Shown: positions 19,112 through 26,979 of the stretch, piece by piece
How positions within the stretch are numbered: the stretch's first letter is position 1
Layout: each line of letters opens with the position of its first letter
IMG/VR virus record: IMGVR_UViG_3300032291_001093
Span: 1 to 55,815 of that record
Length of the DNA: 55,815 bases
Direction: 5' to 3' (one strand)
Source of the DNA: a virus
Taxonomy: Duplodnaviria; Caudoviricetes
Notes under the pieces: generated by a model
What the model was told of the DNA's origin: nothing
Databases searched by the model: none
Seen by the model: the letters and a program-made list of their open reading frames with translations, nothing else
Program-made: the position numbers and the translations under genes

Positions 19112-19453
19112 TTACGGACTCACATTCAGGTTATCAAGGTTCCCGTTATTTTCGGGCGTCTGTGTATTTTGCTCAGGTGATATTACATAATCGCCATATC
19201 CACCAGTTGTCAAAGAATTGTCTTGTACAGCCACGCTCTCATCAGGTCGTGGAAATCTTAGGTTAATTCTTTCCGTTTTTCTAGCCGCCAAACGGTACGG
19301 ATCAAAGTTGTCTTTACAACCCTCATCACAAACACGCAGACCGGGGAAGTTTGGGTCTGATTGTAATGATACAAACGGCCTTTTGAAGCGGCATCTATCA
19401 CAGATTGCAATTGCAACCGATGTAAGGCCAGATGTGTCAAGAAATGTAGGCAT
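19112..19453 (-). CDS. Small Cys-containing protein of the head-tail region
   Basis: AICDRC...RVC putative zinc site, LRFPRPD. Confidence 0.7.
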   Translation of the reverse strand: MPTFLDTSGLTSVAIAICDRCRFKRPFVSLQSDPNFPGLRVCDEGCKDNFDPYRLAARKTERINLRFPRPDESVAVQDNSLTTGGYGDYVISPEQNTQTPENNGNLDNLNVSP

Positions 19454-20526
19454 TACCGTGTGTAAACAGACACGTTAGGGGCAAAGTAGATGGGCGACTT
19501 ATCGCGTTCTTCTTGTTGCGCCTCAAACAGGTACTTATCAGCCATCTTTTCAAGATATTGGATGCGCCCAGCGTCAACTTGGGGCAATTCCATGCTCATT
19601 CTGTGCGCCAACATCATCTGAACAGCCTCATACCACCTTTGAGGGATCTCTAGCTCACCAGAAAGCGCTCCAACGTCCATAATTTGACGTTGATACCAGA
19701 CTGTCATCTGAATAAATGGGTCATTAGGCGTTGGCCATAGGTAAACAGTAGGCTGCGGGATGGTTCTATCAAACCAAAACTGAAACGGCTGGTTTGCTGT
19801 GAAGTTTTTATTGGGCAAATTGGTGTAATCATCACGATTTAGGCGTGACATTTGGATTTCACGGCTGTTATTGCCCACAAACCACTCGCGCAGAGCCAAT
19901 GTTGTGTTGTTATAAGCACGGATTCGGTAGTACATGACCGATTGACCGGGGTCAATGTCAGTCCACACCCACTGATTGTCAGTAACTTGTATGGCCCCAA
20001 GGTTGTTTAGGGTGTTCCATGTAACGCCATCAACCGAATACTCTAGCGTGATCGACCAAGTAGCCGATCCACCCCCAGCAACATAGGGTAAAAAGCCAAT
20101 AGAGCCAGCGTATATGGGATTATTGGTGCCGTAATTAATAGATATGTTGCCATTGGCGCTTGTTTGTTGACAAACTGTATCAATGTCGGAGTCGTAAACA
20201 TTTGCAATTACTCCACCAGCAGAGGTTGTGTATGACCCAGAAGGTCGGTTCATGGAGCGATACAGCACGTTCAGAACGTCTACACATCCCACGGGCATGG
20301 TATAGATGTATTGGTCAGCTTTTAGACCAAACACTTTTTTATTGATTGCCCAATAGTTGATGCCTTGATTGGCAAGATGCGACAGCAAGAAATATAAAGA
20401 CTGGCGAGCAGATACGATTTGCTCCGAGGTAAGCTCTTCGGCCAATTTGCCGCATCGACGAGCACCATGATCAATCAGATCTTGGACGCTGATAACGGTC
20501 TCTCCAACTGTGCCTGAATAAGCCAT
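19453..20526 (-). CDS. Head-tail adaptor-like protein with an inserted beta domain
   Basis: ARQSL...NQGINYW, RDDYTNLPNK, YLWPTP, EIPQRWYEA. Confidence 0.65.
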   Translation of the reverse strand: MAYSGTVGETVISVQDLIDHGARRCGKLAEELTSEQIVSARQSLYFLLSHLANQGINYWAINKKVFGLKADQYIYTMPVGCVDVLNVLYRSMNRPSGSYTTSAGGVIANVYDSDIDTVCQQTSANGNISINYGTNNPIYAGSIGFLPYVAGGGSATWSITLEYSVDGVTWNTLNNLGAIQVTDNQWVWTDIDPGQSVMYYRIRAYNNTTLALREWFVGNNSREIQMSRLNRDDYTNLPNKNFTANQPFQFWFDRTIPQPTVYLWPTPNDPFIQMTVWYQRQIMDVGALSGELEIPQRWYEAVQMMLAHRMSMELPQVDAGRIQYLEKMADKYLFEAQQEERDKSPIYFAPNVSVYTR

Positions 20527-20534
20527 TCGTTACC

Positions 20535-20918
20535 TCACCATCCTGGGCAATTCCAACGCTTCAAGGATGCTTTTGCCCTTGGAGCGTCACCTTTTGAATG
20601 CTCTACAACACCTGACATGCGGGCGCAGAACGAGTCCTTTCGAGCACCGCCTTGTGGTTGCGGAGCTTTTAAATTACTTCCTGTCTCACGATTGTACTTA
20701 GCCCTACCCTTGGCGGTCAATCCAGCACCCTTTTCTACGGACAGCTTTTCTCCGCGGCCAACTGCTAGGCTTGGGCCACCCTCTTTAAACTTTTTGCCTT
20801 TATCGGCAGCGGCAAAGTCTTTGCCCACTTTGGTAGGAATCCCAACTTTCTTTGCAAAGCTTGGGTTGTGCGCTACGGCTTCCATGAGCCTGTGTTGGGA
20901 TGCTGATTTGCTAGGCAT
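20535..20918 (-). CDS. Small basic protein, apparent two-domain fusion
   Basis: MPSKSASQHRLMEAVAHNP N-part plus GLTAKGRAKYN...SFCARM...RWNC C-part. Confidence 0.7.
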   Translation of the reverse strand: MPSKSASQHRLMEAVAHNPSFAKKVGIPTKVGKDFAAADKGKKFKEGGPSLAVGRGEKLSVEKGAGLTAKGRAKYNRETGSNLKAPQPQGGARKDSFCARMSGVVEHSKGDAPRAKASLKRWNCPGW

Positions 20919-20923
20919 GGCTG

Positions 20924-21685
20924 TCAATCTGGGTTTTTAATTAAGATGCCACCTGCATACATACTACAAGTCAATGGGCCACCAGAGCTAGACTTAACGC
21001 AAAATTGCATGTCTGTCTTTTCTGGGTGCGGGATTGGCGCAGTAAATGGTGTCTCTTGTTTTTGCACAAAAACAGTCTGGTGTGTTACTGTGATCAAGCC
21101 ATTATTTGTACCGGCATTAAACTTGTTGTATTCTTGACCCGTCATATAAGCGCTTGAAGTGAATCCAATTGCGGCGTCATATTGGGTGTAAGACAAGTAG
21201 AAAGTGTAACCAGCAGGAACGGTGTAAATCGACATCTGGGTCTGACCAACACCAGCATTGATTTTGGCGTACACGGTTGAGCTGATGGACGCCGTAATGT
21301 TGCCAGTGTTCGTGCTATTGAGCATTGACATACCATTGATTCGCAGGAAGGAATTGGTGGTAGTCACGCTAGTTGTTCCGTTTAACGCAATTGTCTCGGT
21401 CAAAGGAATAAAACCTGCGCCCAAGCCATCAATCACAACAGAGCGAGCAGTGTTGTCAGTTGCAGAATCACTTACCAAAACCAATGGCGCGGCAACGGAT
21501 GGATATACATACAAACCACCAGATTGGGTTTGACCTTCCCACATTGGGCCTTGGGCCGTGTTGGCAATATTTGGTGTGTAACCAAAAATCTCTATGCCTG
21601 TGTGACCATCAACTTGGCCACGAGCAACTTGCAGTTCAAAAGGCTCAAATGTGCCTTGACGCGTTGCGGAAGAATAAGTCCCCAT
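20924..21685 (-). CDS. Putative virion protein
   Basis: 253 aa; QVARGQV, GQTQMSIYTVPAG; AGGAG RBS. Confidence 0.7.
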   Translation of the reverse strand: MGTYSSATRQGTFEPFELQVARGQVDGHTGIEIFGYTPNIANTAQGPMWEGQTQSGGLYVYPSVAAPLVLVSDSATDNTARSVVIDGLGAGFIPLTETIALNGTTSVTTTNSFLRINGMSMLNSTNTGNITASISSTVYAKINAGVGQTQMSIYTVPAGYTFYLSYTQYDAAIGFTSSAYMTGQEYNKFNAGTNNGLITVTHQTVFVQKQETPFTAPIPHPEKTDMQFCVKSSSGGPLTCSMYAGGILIKNPD

Positions 21686-21697
21686 ATTTATCTCCTG

Positions 21698-21725
21698 AAA
21701 AAAGTAGGGGCCGAAGCCCCCACTC
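21698..21725 (-). terminator. Rho-independent terminator
   Basis: GGGGC-TTCG-GCCCC hairpin followed by TACTTTTTT. Confidence 0.85.
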
Positions 21726-22679
21726 TTAGCACTCTACAGAACCGCCACGCTTTTTAGCGGGGGAAACCGTCACAGACTTCTCGGTTTTAGTTACGCTGCC
21801 AGGTTTTTTCTCTGGGCTGGTAAAAAGTCCCTTTACGCCTTCATAAATGCGCTTGGGGAATCCAAGAATTGCTTCACGCGTAGCTTCGTTCTCTGCTTTC
21901 TCAGCAGCTTTCTCAGCTTCCATGCGCTTGGTTTCACGAGCGATGATGGGATCAACCGCACCGCCCGTGTCATACTTTTTTACTGAACCACCTTTTTTAT
22001 AGGTTCCAGAAAGTTGGTTAATGCTAACGGGACGTGCTGGACGCTTATTTCCCTGCGGCATTTCTACAGCCGCTCCATCGTCCTGAACTGCTCCGCCCCT
22101 AGCAAACTTTTTTGTGGCACCACCTTTTTTGTAGCCACCAGCATTGGACTTAGCAACGCCACCAGTAGCATAGCCACCGCCATTGCCTTCTTTCACTTTA
22201 CCAGTTTTAGCTGGAGAGTTATCAGGCTTGGCTGTGTGCATCTTGGTGTCGCGGTAAGCTCCACCTTGATTTTCGGTGTTGATGATGCCGCCATCTTTGT
22301 AGCCGCCTTGAGCGTTAGCAACGCCGCCAGTCTTCAAGCCTTTGTGAGCTTTGCTAGCAGGTTTGCCTTCGTGAGATTTTAACTCTTTCTCAATTTTACC
22401 CATCTTGGCCATCTCGGCTTTGTGGGTGGCTTTGGACTCCATTTCACCGCCTTTTTTCATCATAGCTGGAGGAACAGCCATGGCTTTACGGCGAGCTGCC
22501 AATGAGGGCTTGGCAGGACGAGCAGCGGGCATCATGCCGCCGCGTGCGGGCATAGCGGAAGGCAATACGGCTGGCATTGCACCACCCATAGCTTTTTTAA
22601 CTTCCCCGCCCTTTTTGAGCTTCAGCTCTACTGAAGGCTCGGTGGTCATCATTTTGACCATTGGTTTGAACTCGGCCAT
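21726..22679 (-). CDS. Lys/Gly-rich low-complexity protein with many xxxGG motifs
   Basis: 317 aa; LKKGG, MKKGG, YATGG, YKKGG, FARGG, YDTGG. Confidence 0.75.
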   Translation of the reverse strand: MAEFKPMVKMMTTEPSVELKLKKGGEVKKAMGGAMPAVLPSAMPARGGMMPAARPAKPSLAARRKAMAVPPAMMKKGGEMESKATHKAEMAKMGKIEKELKSHEGKPASKAHKGLKTGGVANAQGGYKDGGIINTENQGGAYRDTKMHTAKPDNSPAKTGKVKEGNGGGYATGGVAKSNAGGYKKGGATKKFARGGAVQDDGAAVEMPQGNKRPARPVSINQLSGTYKKGGSVKKYDTGGAVDPIIARETKRMEAEKAAEKAENEATREAILGFPKRIYEGVKGLFTSPEKKPGSVTKTEKSVTVSPAKKRGGSVEC

Positions 22680-22689
22680 GATTTACTCC

Positions 22690-23130
22690 TTAAACTTTCT
22701 GGGCGTAAACCACGGTCAGGCGGAACACGCCTTGAGTAGCTACGGTGCCATTAGGATCAGCAGTAAATACCACGCTTTGGTTTGCGCCAATGTCTGACAT
22801 TGCGGTCAGTTGGGCAGCAGTAAATGTCAAAGCAGTACGACCAGCAGCGCTAGCGTCAGTTGCAGACAAATACTGTGTACCAGCAGCAGCGGTTCCAATA
22901 GTTACTGGAACTTGTGTAGCAGTACCAAAGGAAGGAACGGTCACCATATCAACCAAGAAGTCGATAATTTGTGAGTTCGCAGGTAATGTGAGTGTGGAGC
23001 TAACGGCAGTGCCAGCAGCTACAGTCGTCACGGTAGTGGTTTGTGTAAGCACGACAAATCCACCGTCAACGGTGTCTGTCAATGTGCCCGACCCTGCACG
23101 CAGGGTAGAACCAAAATAGGTTTGTGCCAT
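22690..23130 (-). CDS. Putative capsid-associated protein
   Basis: 146 aa beta-rich, immediately after the MCP; AGGAG RBS. Confidence 0.65.
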   Translation of the reverse strand: MAQTYFGSTLRAGSGTLTDTVDGGFVVLTQTTTVTTVAAGTAVSSTLTLPANSQIIDFLVDMVTVPSFGTATQVPVTIGTAAAGTQYLSATDASAAGRTALTFTAAQLTAMSDIGANQSVVFTADPNGTVATQGVFRLTVVYAQKV

Positions 23131-23147
23131 TCTTTTCTCCTGTTGAA

Positions 23148-23171
23148 GAGGGGAGGACTAGCCTCCCCCAC
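23148..23171 (-). terminator. Hairpin downstream of the MCP
   Basis: GGGGAGG-5nt-CCTCCCC with only a short T tract. Confidence 0.5.
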
Positions 23172-23176
23172 TTTCT

Positions 23177-24091
23177 CTAAACGCCGGGCGTTCCGTACAT
23201 TGCACGCCAGTCGGTGAAACCAACTTGGTAACGCTCGGTAGCCTTGTAACGCATGGAGTCGGTTTCAAAGTCGCCTTCCATGGTTTTCTCAAGCTTACGA
23301 CGCATCAAGAGCTTCATGCCTTCTGGAGCATCAGTCTGAACCCACCATGCGGTTGGGTTGGTCAAACGTGACAGAACAGCAGCACCCTCATCCAGCAAAC
23401 CGATAGATTTGATGGGGTTGATGTCGTTGTTTGCATTACCAGCACGCAGAACAGACTTCAGCAAAACTTCAGCTTGGAACACGTTGCCAGGAGCAACCAC
23501 CAGTTGACGTGGCACCAAACGGATCTTCTTGCCGTTGTTGTCCACAGCCTGACGGATCTGGATCAACATTTGCTCAAGAGAGGTTTGTGACAAGTTAGCA
23601 GCAGTAGCCAACAAGTTACTTGCAGTGCCGTTCACGATGGGGTGTGAAGCGCTGTTCAGTTGCACGCCGTCGCCGCCTGGGTAAGCTGCGTTAAACGCAC
23701 GGTTCAACACGTTAGCAGACAGAGTTTCTTTGGTCTCAATCAAAGACTGAGCCAAGTGACGAGCGTAAACTTGACCGATGCGGATGTGGTCACCGTCCTC
23801 AACCAAAACTTTGGTCAAAGCGAATGCCAAACCAAAGACTTGGTAGACATAGCGCTGGAGGAACAACACGCCACCTTGTTGGTACGACACTGGGGTGCCG
23901 TCTGGCAACTGAGGTGCTGCACCGAAACCGTACAGGACGGGTTCTTCGTGGTAGTTACGTGGGATGCCTTCCTGCTCGCGGAACACACGGCTCCACTCAT
24001 CAGTGCGCTGATCATAAACGCCGTCGAAGCATTCGTTCAGGATAGGTTCAACAATCGAACGAAAGTCCGTACTTCTCATTGGAGCTGCCAT
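23177..24091 (-). CDS. Major capsid protein
   Basis: 304 aa; NVLNRAF...GGDG..L.SASHP, EGDFETDSMRYKATERY..GFTDWR..YGTPG; GGAGG RBS; biased codon use. Confidence 0.9.
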   Translation of the reverse strand: MAAPMRSTDFRSIVEPILNECFDGVYDQRTDEWSRVFREQEGIPRNYHEEPVLYGFGAAPQLPDGTPVSYQQGGVLFLQRYVYQVFGLAFALTKVLVEDGDHIRIGQVYARHLAQSLIETKETLSANVLNRAFNAAYPGGDGVQLNSASHPIVNGTASNLLATAANLSQTSLEQMLIQIRQAVDNNGKKIRLVPRQLVVAPGNVFQAEVLLKSVLRAGNANNDINPIKSIGLLDEGAAVLSRLTNPTAWWVQTDAPEGMKLLMRRKLEKTMEGDFETDSMRYKATERYQVGFTDWRAMYGTPGV

Positions 24092-24102
24092 GATTCGCCT
24101 CC

Positions 24103-24675
24103 TTAAACAGCGTTAGTGGATGCTTGGAACTGTGACTCATTGATCACAGCACGTACAACCGTATATGAATCGCCCCAAGCGTTATCTACGAGGGGAGCCA
24201 AGTCCACAATACGCATCTGTGCACTGTTGCCAGCGCCAACCAGAGTTGTGGAAAGTGTGCACTGAGACAAACCAGTGACATTGCTGCCAGCGGTGGTGTT
24301 GCTCAAGTCGGCCATGTCGCCAACAGAGGTTTGTGCCAAAGAACCGTCAGCTTGGATTTCGTACACGATGTTAGGATCGTTGTAGAAATAAGCAATGCAT
24401 GAACCAGTTTGGTATGCAGTGCTAGCGGGCCAGTAGTTAGACACGCGACGACGGCCAGTAGTGTCAGTCCACTCAACGCCAGCAAAGGCACCGAGGAACG
24501 AATCACCAGCAGCAGCGATTTGGATCACGCCAGTAGTAGCCAACTTTACGGGTTGACCTTTCAAGATGTCGCTGGAATAACCAGAGACGATACCGCCAGC
24601 AAGCGCTTGGGCACGATCCAGACCGGATGGGTGGAACGCAGGGCGCATACCGAACGGAGCATTTGTAGAAGACAT
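24103..24675 (-). CDS. Capsid decoration/cement-like protein
   Basis: APFGMRP, GAFAGVEWTD, DPNIVYEIQ; directly upstream of the MCP. Confidence 0.65.
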   Translation of the reverse strand: MSSTNAPFGMRPAFHPSGLDRAQALAGGIVSGYSSDILKGQPVKLATTGVIQIAAAGDSFLGAFAGVEWTDTTGRRRVSNYWPASTAYQTGSCIAYFYNDPNIVYEIQADGSLAQTSVGDMADLSNTTAGSNVTGLSQCTLSTTLVGAGNSAQMRIVDLAPLVDNAWGDSYTVVRAVINESQFQASTNAV

Positions 24676-24703
24676 AGTCTTACTCCTTTAAGTTCGATGT
24701 GTA

Positions 24704-25246
24704 TTAGCCATTAAAAATTGGGGCTTCTACACGTTGATCAATTTTGTCCAATCCTTCGCCTTCAATTCGACCCAACGCTTTACCGTTGCTATCGCGTCCA
24801 ACCTGCTGCTCCGCTTGAAGTCGAATCTTGTTCGCTTCCTCAAGTGGTGCATCGTGGTGAAAGTGCGCCATAATATCCTGATAGATATCCATCGGGATCT
24901 TGTGGAGCAACATCTCGTTGCACGCAATAAAACCAGTGTGTTCTCCAGCTTTTACGCGATAGTTCTCAAAGTTTGGAAATTCCTCGGCTTTAACGGGAAC
25001 ATAACCTATCCGAATACGCTTATCAATACTGTCGTAACTATTAGTTGTCGATAACCAGCAAAGATGCCATCCTTTTAACTCTGGCGTCTTGGGCAATGCG
25101 CTTTGTGTCCACTCATCACTCCACATCTTGCGACGTTCCTGAGACGACATGAACTTCTCTTCGGGGGCAGCGCGTTCTAGATCTTGCGAAGATCGGGTCT
25201 CACGACCACCAGCGGAGAGAGATTTCTTTAAACGAGATTCTGTCAT
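24704..25246 (-). CDS. Head-module hypothetical protein
   Basis: 180 aa between scaffold and capsid genes; W..W.S...GYVPVK. Confidence 0.7.
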   Translation of the reverse strand: MTESRLKKSLSAGGRETRSSQDLERAAPEEKFMSSQERRKMWSDEWTQSALPKTPELKGWHLCWLSTTNSYDSIDKRIRIGYVPVKAEEFPNFENYRVKAGEHTGFIACNEMLLHKIPMDIYQDIMAHFHHDAPLEEANKIRLQAEQQVGRDSNGKALGRIEGEGLDKIDQRVEAPIFNG

Positions 25247-25248
25247 TT

Positions 25249-26220
25249 TTAACTCCTATAACCTTGAGATTGTTTAGATTCAGTTGCGTAACGCTTAATC
25301 ATTCGTGCTCGCTTGTTTGGGTCATCCCAAAAGCCAGCATCTTTCATGGCTCTCACTTGCTCTGGGGATAGAGTAAATGAGTTTCTGCCGCCACTAGAGG
25401 CGATGTTTTCGCGTCCTGAACCCGTCACAATACTTCTCGGTTTGCGAGAAGACCTCTCGTCATGATTAACATTATATCTATGCGGTAACCGTTTTAGCAA
25501 GCGGTTATCTAACTCCTCCCAATATTCACTTGAATTGGGATCCCAACCTTCTTTAACTAATTTCTGATCTATAACTTTTGCTATTTCAGAATCTTCGTCA
25601 CTACCACTTGGGTCATACCAAGGGTTTCTATCCATCCAACGTGACGCTTGGCGTTGCATCTCTGCATTATCTTGTTGAATAGGACGGTTTTGAGTAGCTC
25701 TATTTGCTTGGGTTTTGAGGGTTTTTAATGCCTCAACTTGGCGGCGAGTTTCGTACCACATCTCCTGCGCTTTAGCCATTGCTTCACCATCTCCAGCACC
25801 TGTAGCTTCAGATAGTTTCATGCGGGCATATTGCAGTCTTAACTCTTGATCCTCGATTGCTTTATCAATTCGGGCAAGTTCAGAACTGTGGGTTTTTCGC
25901 TCAACCACTGACAAGCGTTCTTGTAACTCTTGGTTTTGACGAAGAAGGTTTTGTAACCGAATGTCTTTTTCTACATTCGCTTGTTTAATATATTCCTTCT
26001 TGGCTCGGCGGCGTGCACGGCGTGCGGCACGGATAGCCTCAGTATCATCAGGTTGGTCAGCATCATCATCTACTGCACCACCTTCAGAGGCTTCTACCCC
26101 CTCACGCTGCTCTTGTTCCTCTGATTGAGGAATATCAATATTATCTGGCAGGTCTACAGTTGCAGAGCCGTCAGAGCCTTCAGATACTTTAATGTCTAGG
26201 TTATCGTCTTTATCACTCAT
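25249..26220 (-). CDS. Putative scaffolding protein
   Basis: Acidic N-terminus, coiled coil, WMDRNPWY, C-terminal TLSPEQVRAM. Confidence 0.7.
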   Translation of the reverse strand: MSDKDDNLDIKVSEGSDGSATVDLPDNIDIPQSEEQEQREGVEASEGGAVDDDADQPDDTEAIRAARRARRRAKKEYIKQANVEKDIRLQNLLRQNQELQERLSVVERKTHSSELARIDKAIEDQELRLQYARMKLSEATGAGDGEAMAKAQEMWYETRRQVEALKTLKTQANRATQNRPIQQDNAEMQRQASRWMDRNPWYDPSGSDEDSEIAKVIDQKLVKEGWDPNSSEYWEELDNRLLKRLPHRYNVNHDERSSRKPRSIVTGSGRENIASSGGRNSFTLSPEQVRAMKDAGFWDDPNKRARMIKRYATESKQSQGYRS

Positions 26221-26228
26221 GTTTTACC

Positions 26229-26651
26229 TCACAAAAATGCTTTCATTGAAAGCGGGTCACCAGTTAACTTGGCAATAACTTCATGGTCGTTTAGAACCAT
26301 GAATAGCGCTGGGTCTTCAAATGCGTCCTCACCGGGCACTTGAACTTCCCAACGATCTCCGCCCCACTTAGGGACACGGATGTAATCACCCACTTCGCAC
26401 CAAGTGCCTTCTGGCCATGGTTGCATAGTGTCACGGTGCTTAAAGGCGATTGGGCCTATTGCCAATACCTTAGCCACCATGTTTTGCCATTTCTCTGTTT
26501 CTCTGGTCTCTTCGACCAAGATAATCCCAGAGCTGGTTGACTTCTTCTTTGTGCGGCGCAATTGCACCAAAATACGTCCACCAAGCGGCAATGCGCCTGG
26601 CTCTACTGCGGGGAAAGCCCACGCCAACTCATTATCTCGTTCACTCATCAT
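26229..26651 (-). CDS. groES: Co-chaperonin GroES (Cpn10)-like protein
   Basis: PLGGRILV...TSSGIIL mobile loop, KVLAIGP, EVGDYI, LNDHEVIA. Confidence 0.88.
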   Translation of the reverse strand: MMSERDNELAWAFPAVEPGALPLGGRILVQLRRTKKKSTSSGIILVEETRETEKWQNMVAKVLAIGPIAFKHRDTMQPWPEGTWCEVGDYIRVPKWGGDRWEVQVPGEDAFEDPALFMVLNDHEVIAKLTGDPLSMKAFL

Positions 26652-26823
26652 CGTCTTCCTTTAACAATTTATTTAAAATGTCTAAGGCTTGTTTTAAGCC
26701 ACTATGTTCACCTACAAGGCGTTGATACGTTTCCCAGTTAACAGCGTTTCCTGCTGCAAGGGATGCGGCTATTTCAGCCTGACGTAACTTGATCTCGCCT
26801 ATAAGATCCGAAATTGTGTTCAT
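26641..26823 (-). CDS. Small helical protein
   Basis: LAAG...WETYQRLVG...GL, between portal and GroES. Confidence 0.75.
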   Translation of the reverse strand: MNTISDLIGEIKLRQAEIAASLAAGNAVNWETYQRLVGEHSGLKQALDILNKLLKEDDDE

Positions 26824-26979
26824 TTACTTTTTCTTAGCTTGGCTGAGTCCTCCTTGTGGTTTTGAGCCGTTGGATTGGCCTTTAGGTTGCATGCTGCTGC
26901 CATCAAGCTTCTCGCCCATTGCGATACGCTTATGTTGTGGCACGTTAATGCTCTTTTGCTCTTGATCACTGGTAGCCAT
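26824..26979 (-). CDS. 51-aa basic protein (not in ORF track)
   Basis: MATSDQEQKSINVPQHKRIAMG...AKKK; AGGAGG RBS. Confidence 0.7.
   Translation of the reverse strand: MATSDQEQKSINVPQHKRIAMGEKLDGSSMQPKGQSNGSKPQGGLSQAKKK

Noticed and set aside
1729-23179. Genome-wide TAG reassignment (alternative genetic code)
   Set aside because: TAG ends the MCP and nozzle-like genes at natural-looking C-termini with the next gene out of frame, and long genes are not fragmented under code 11.
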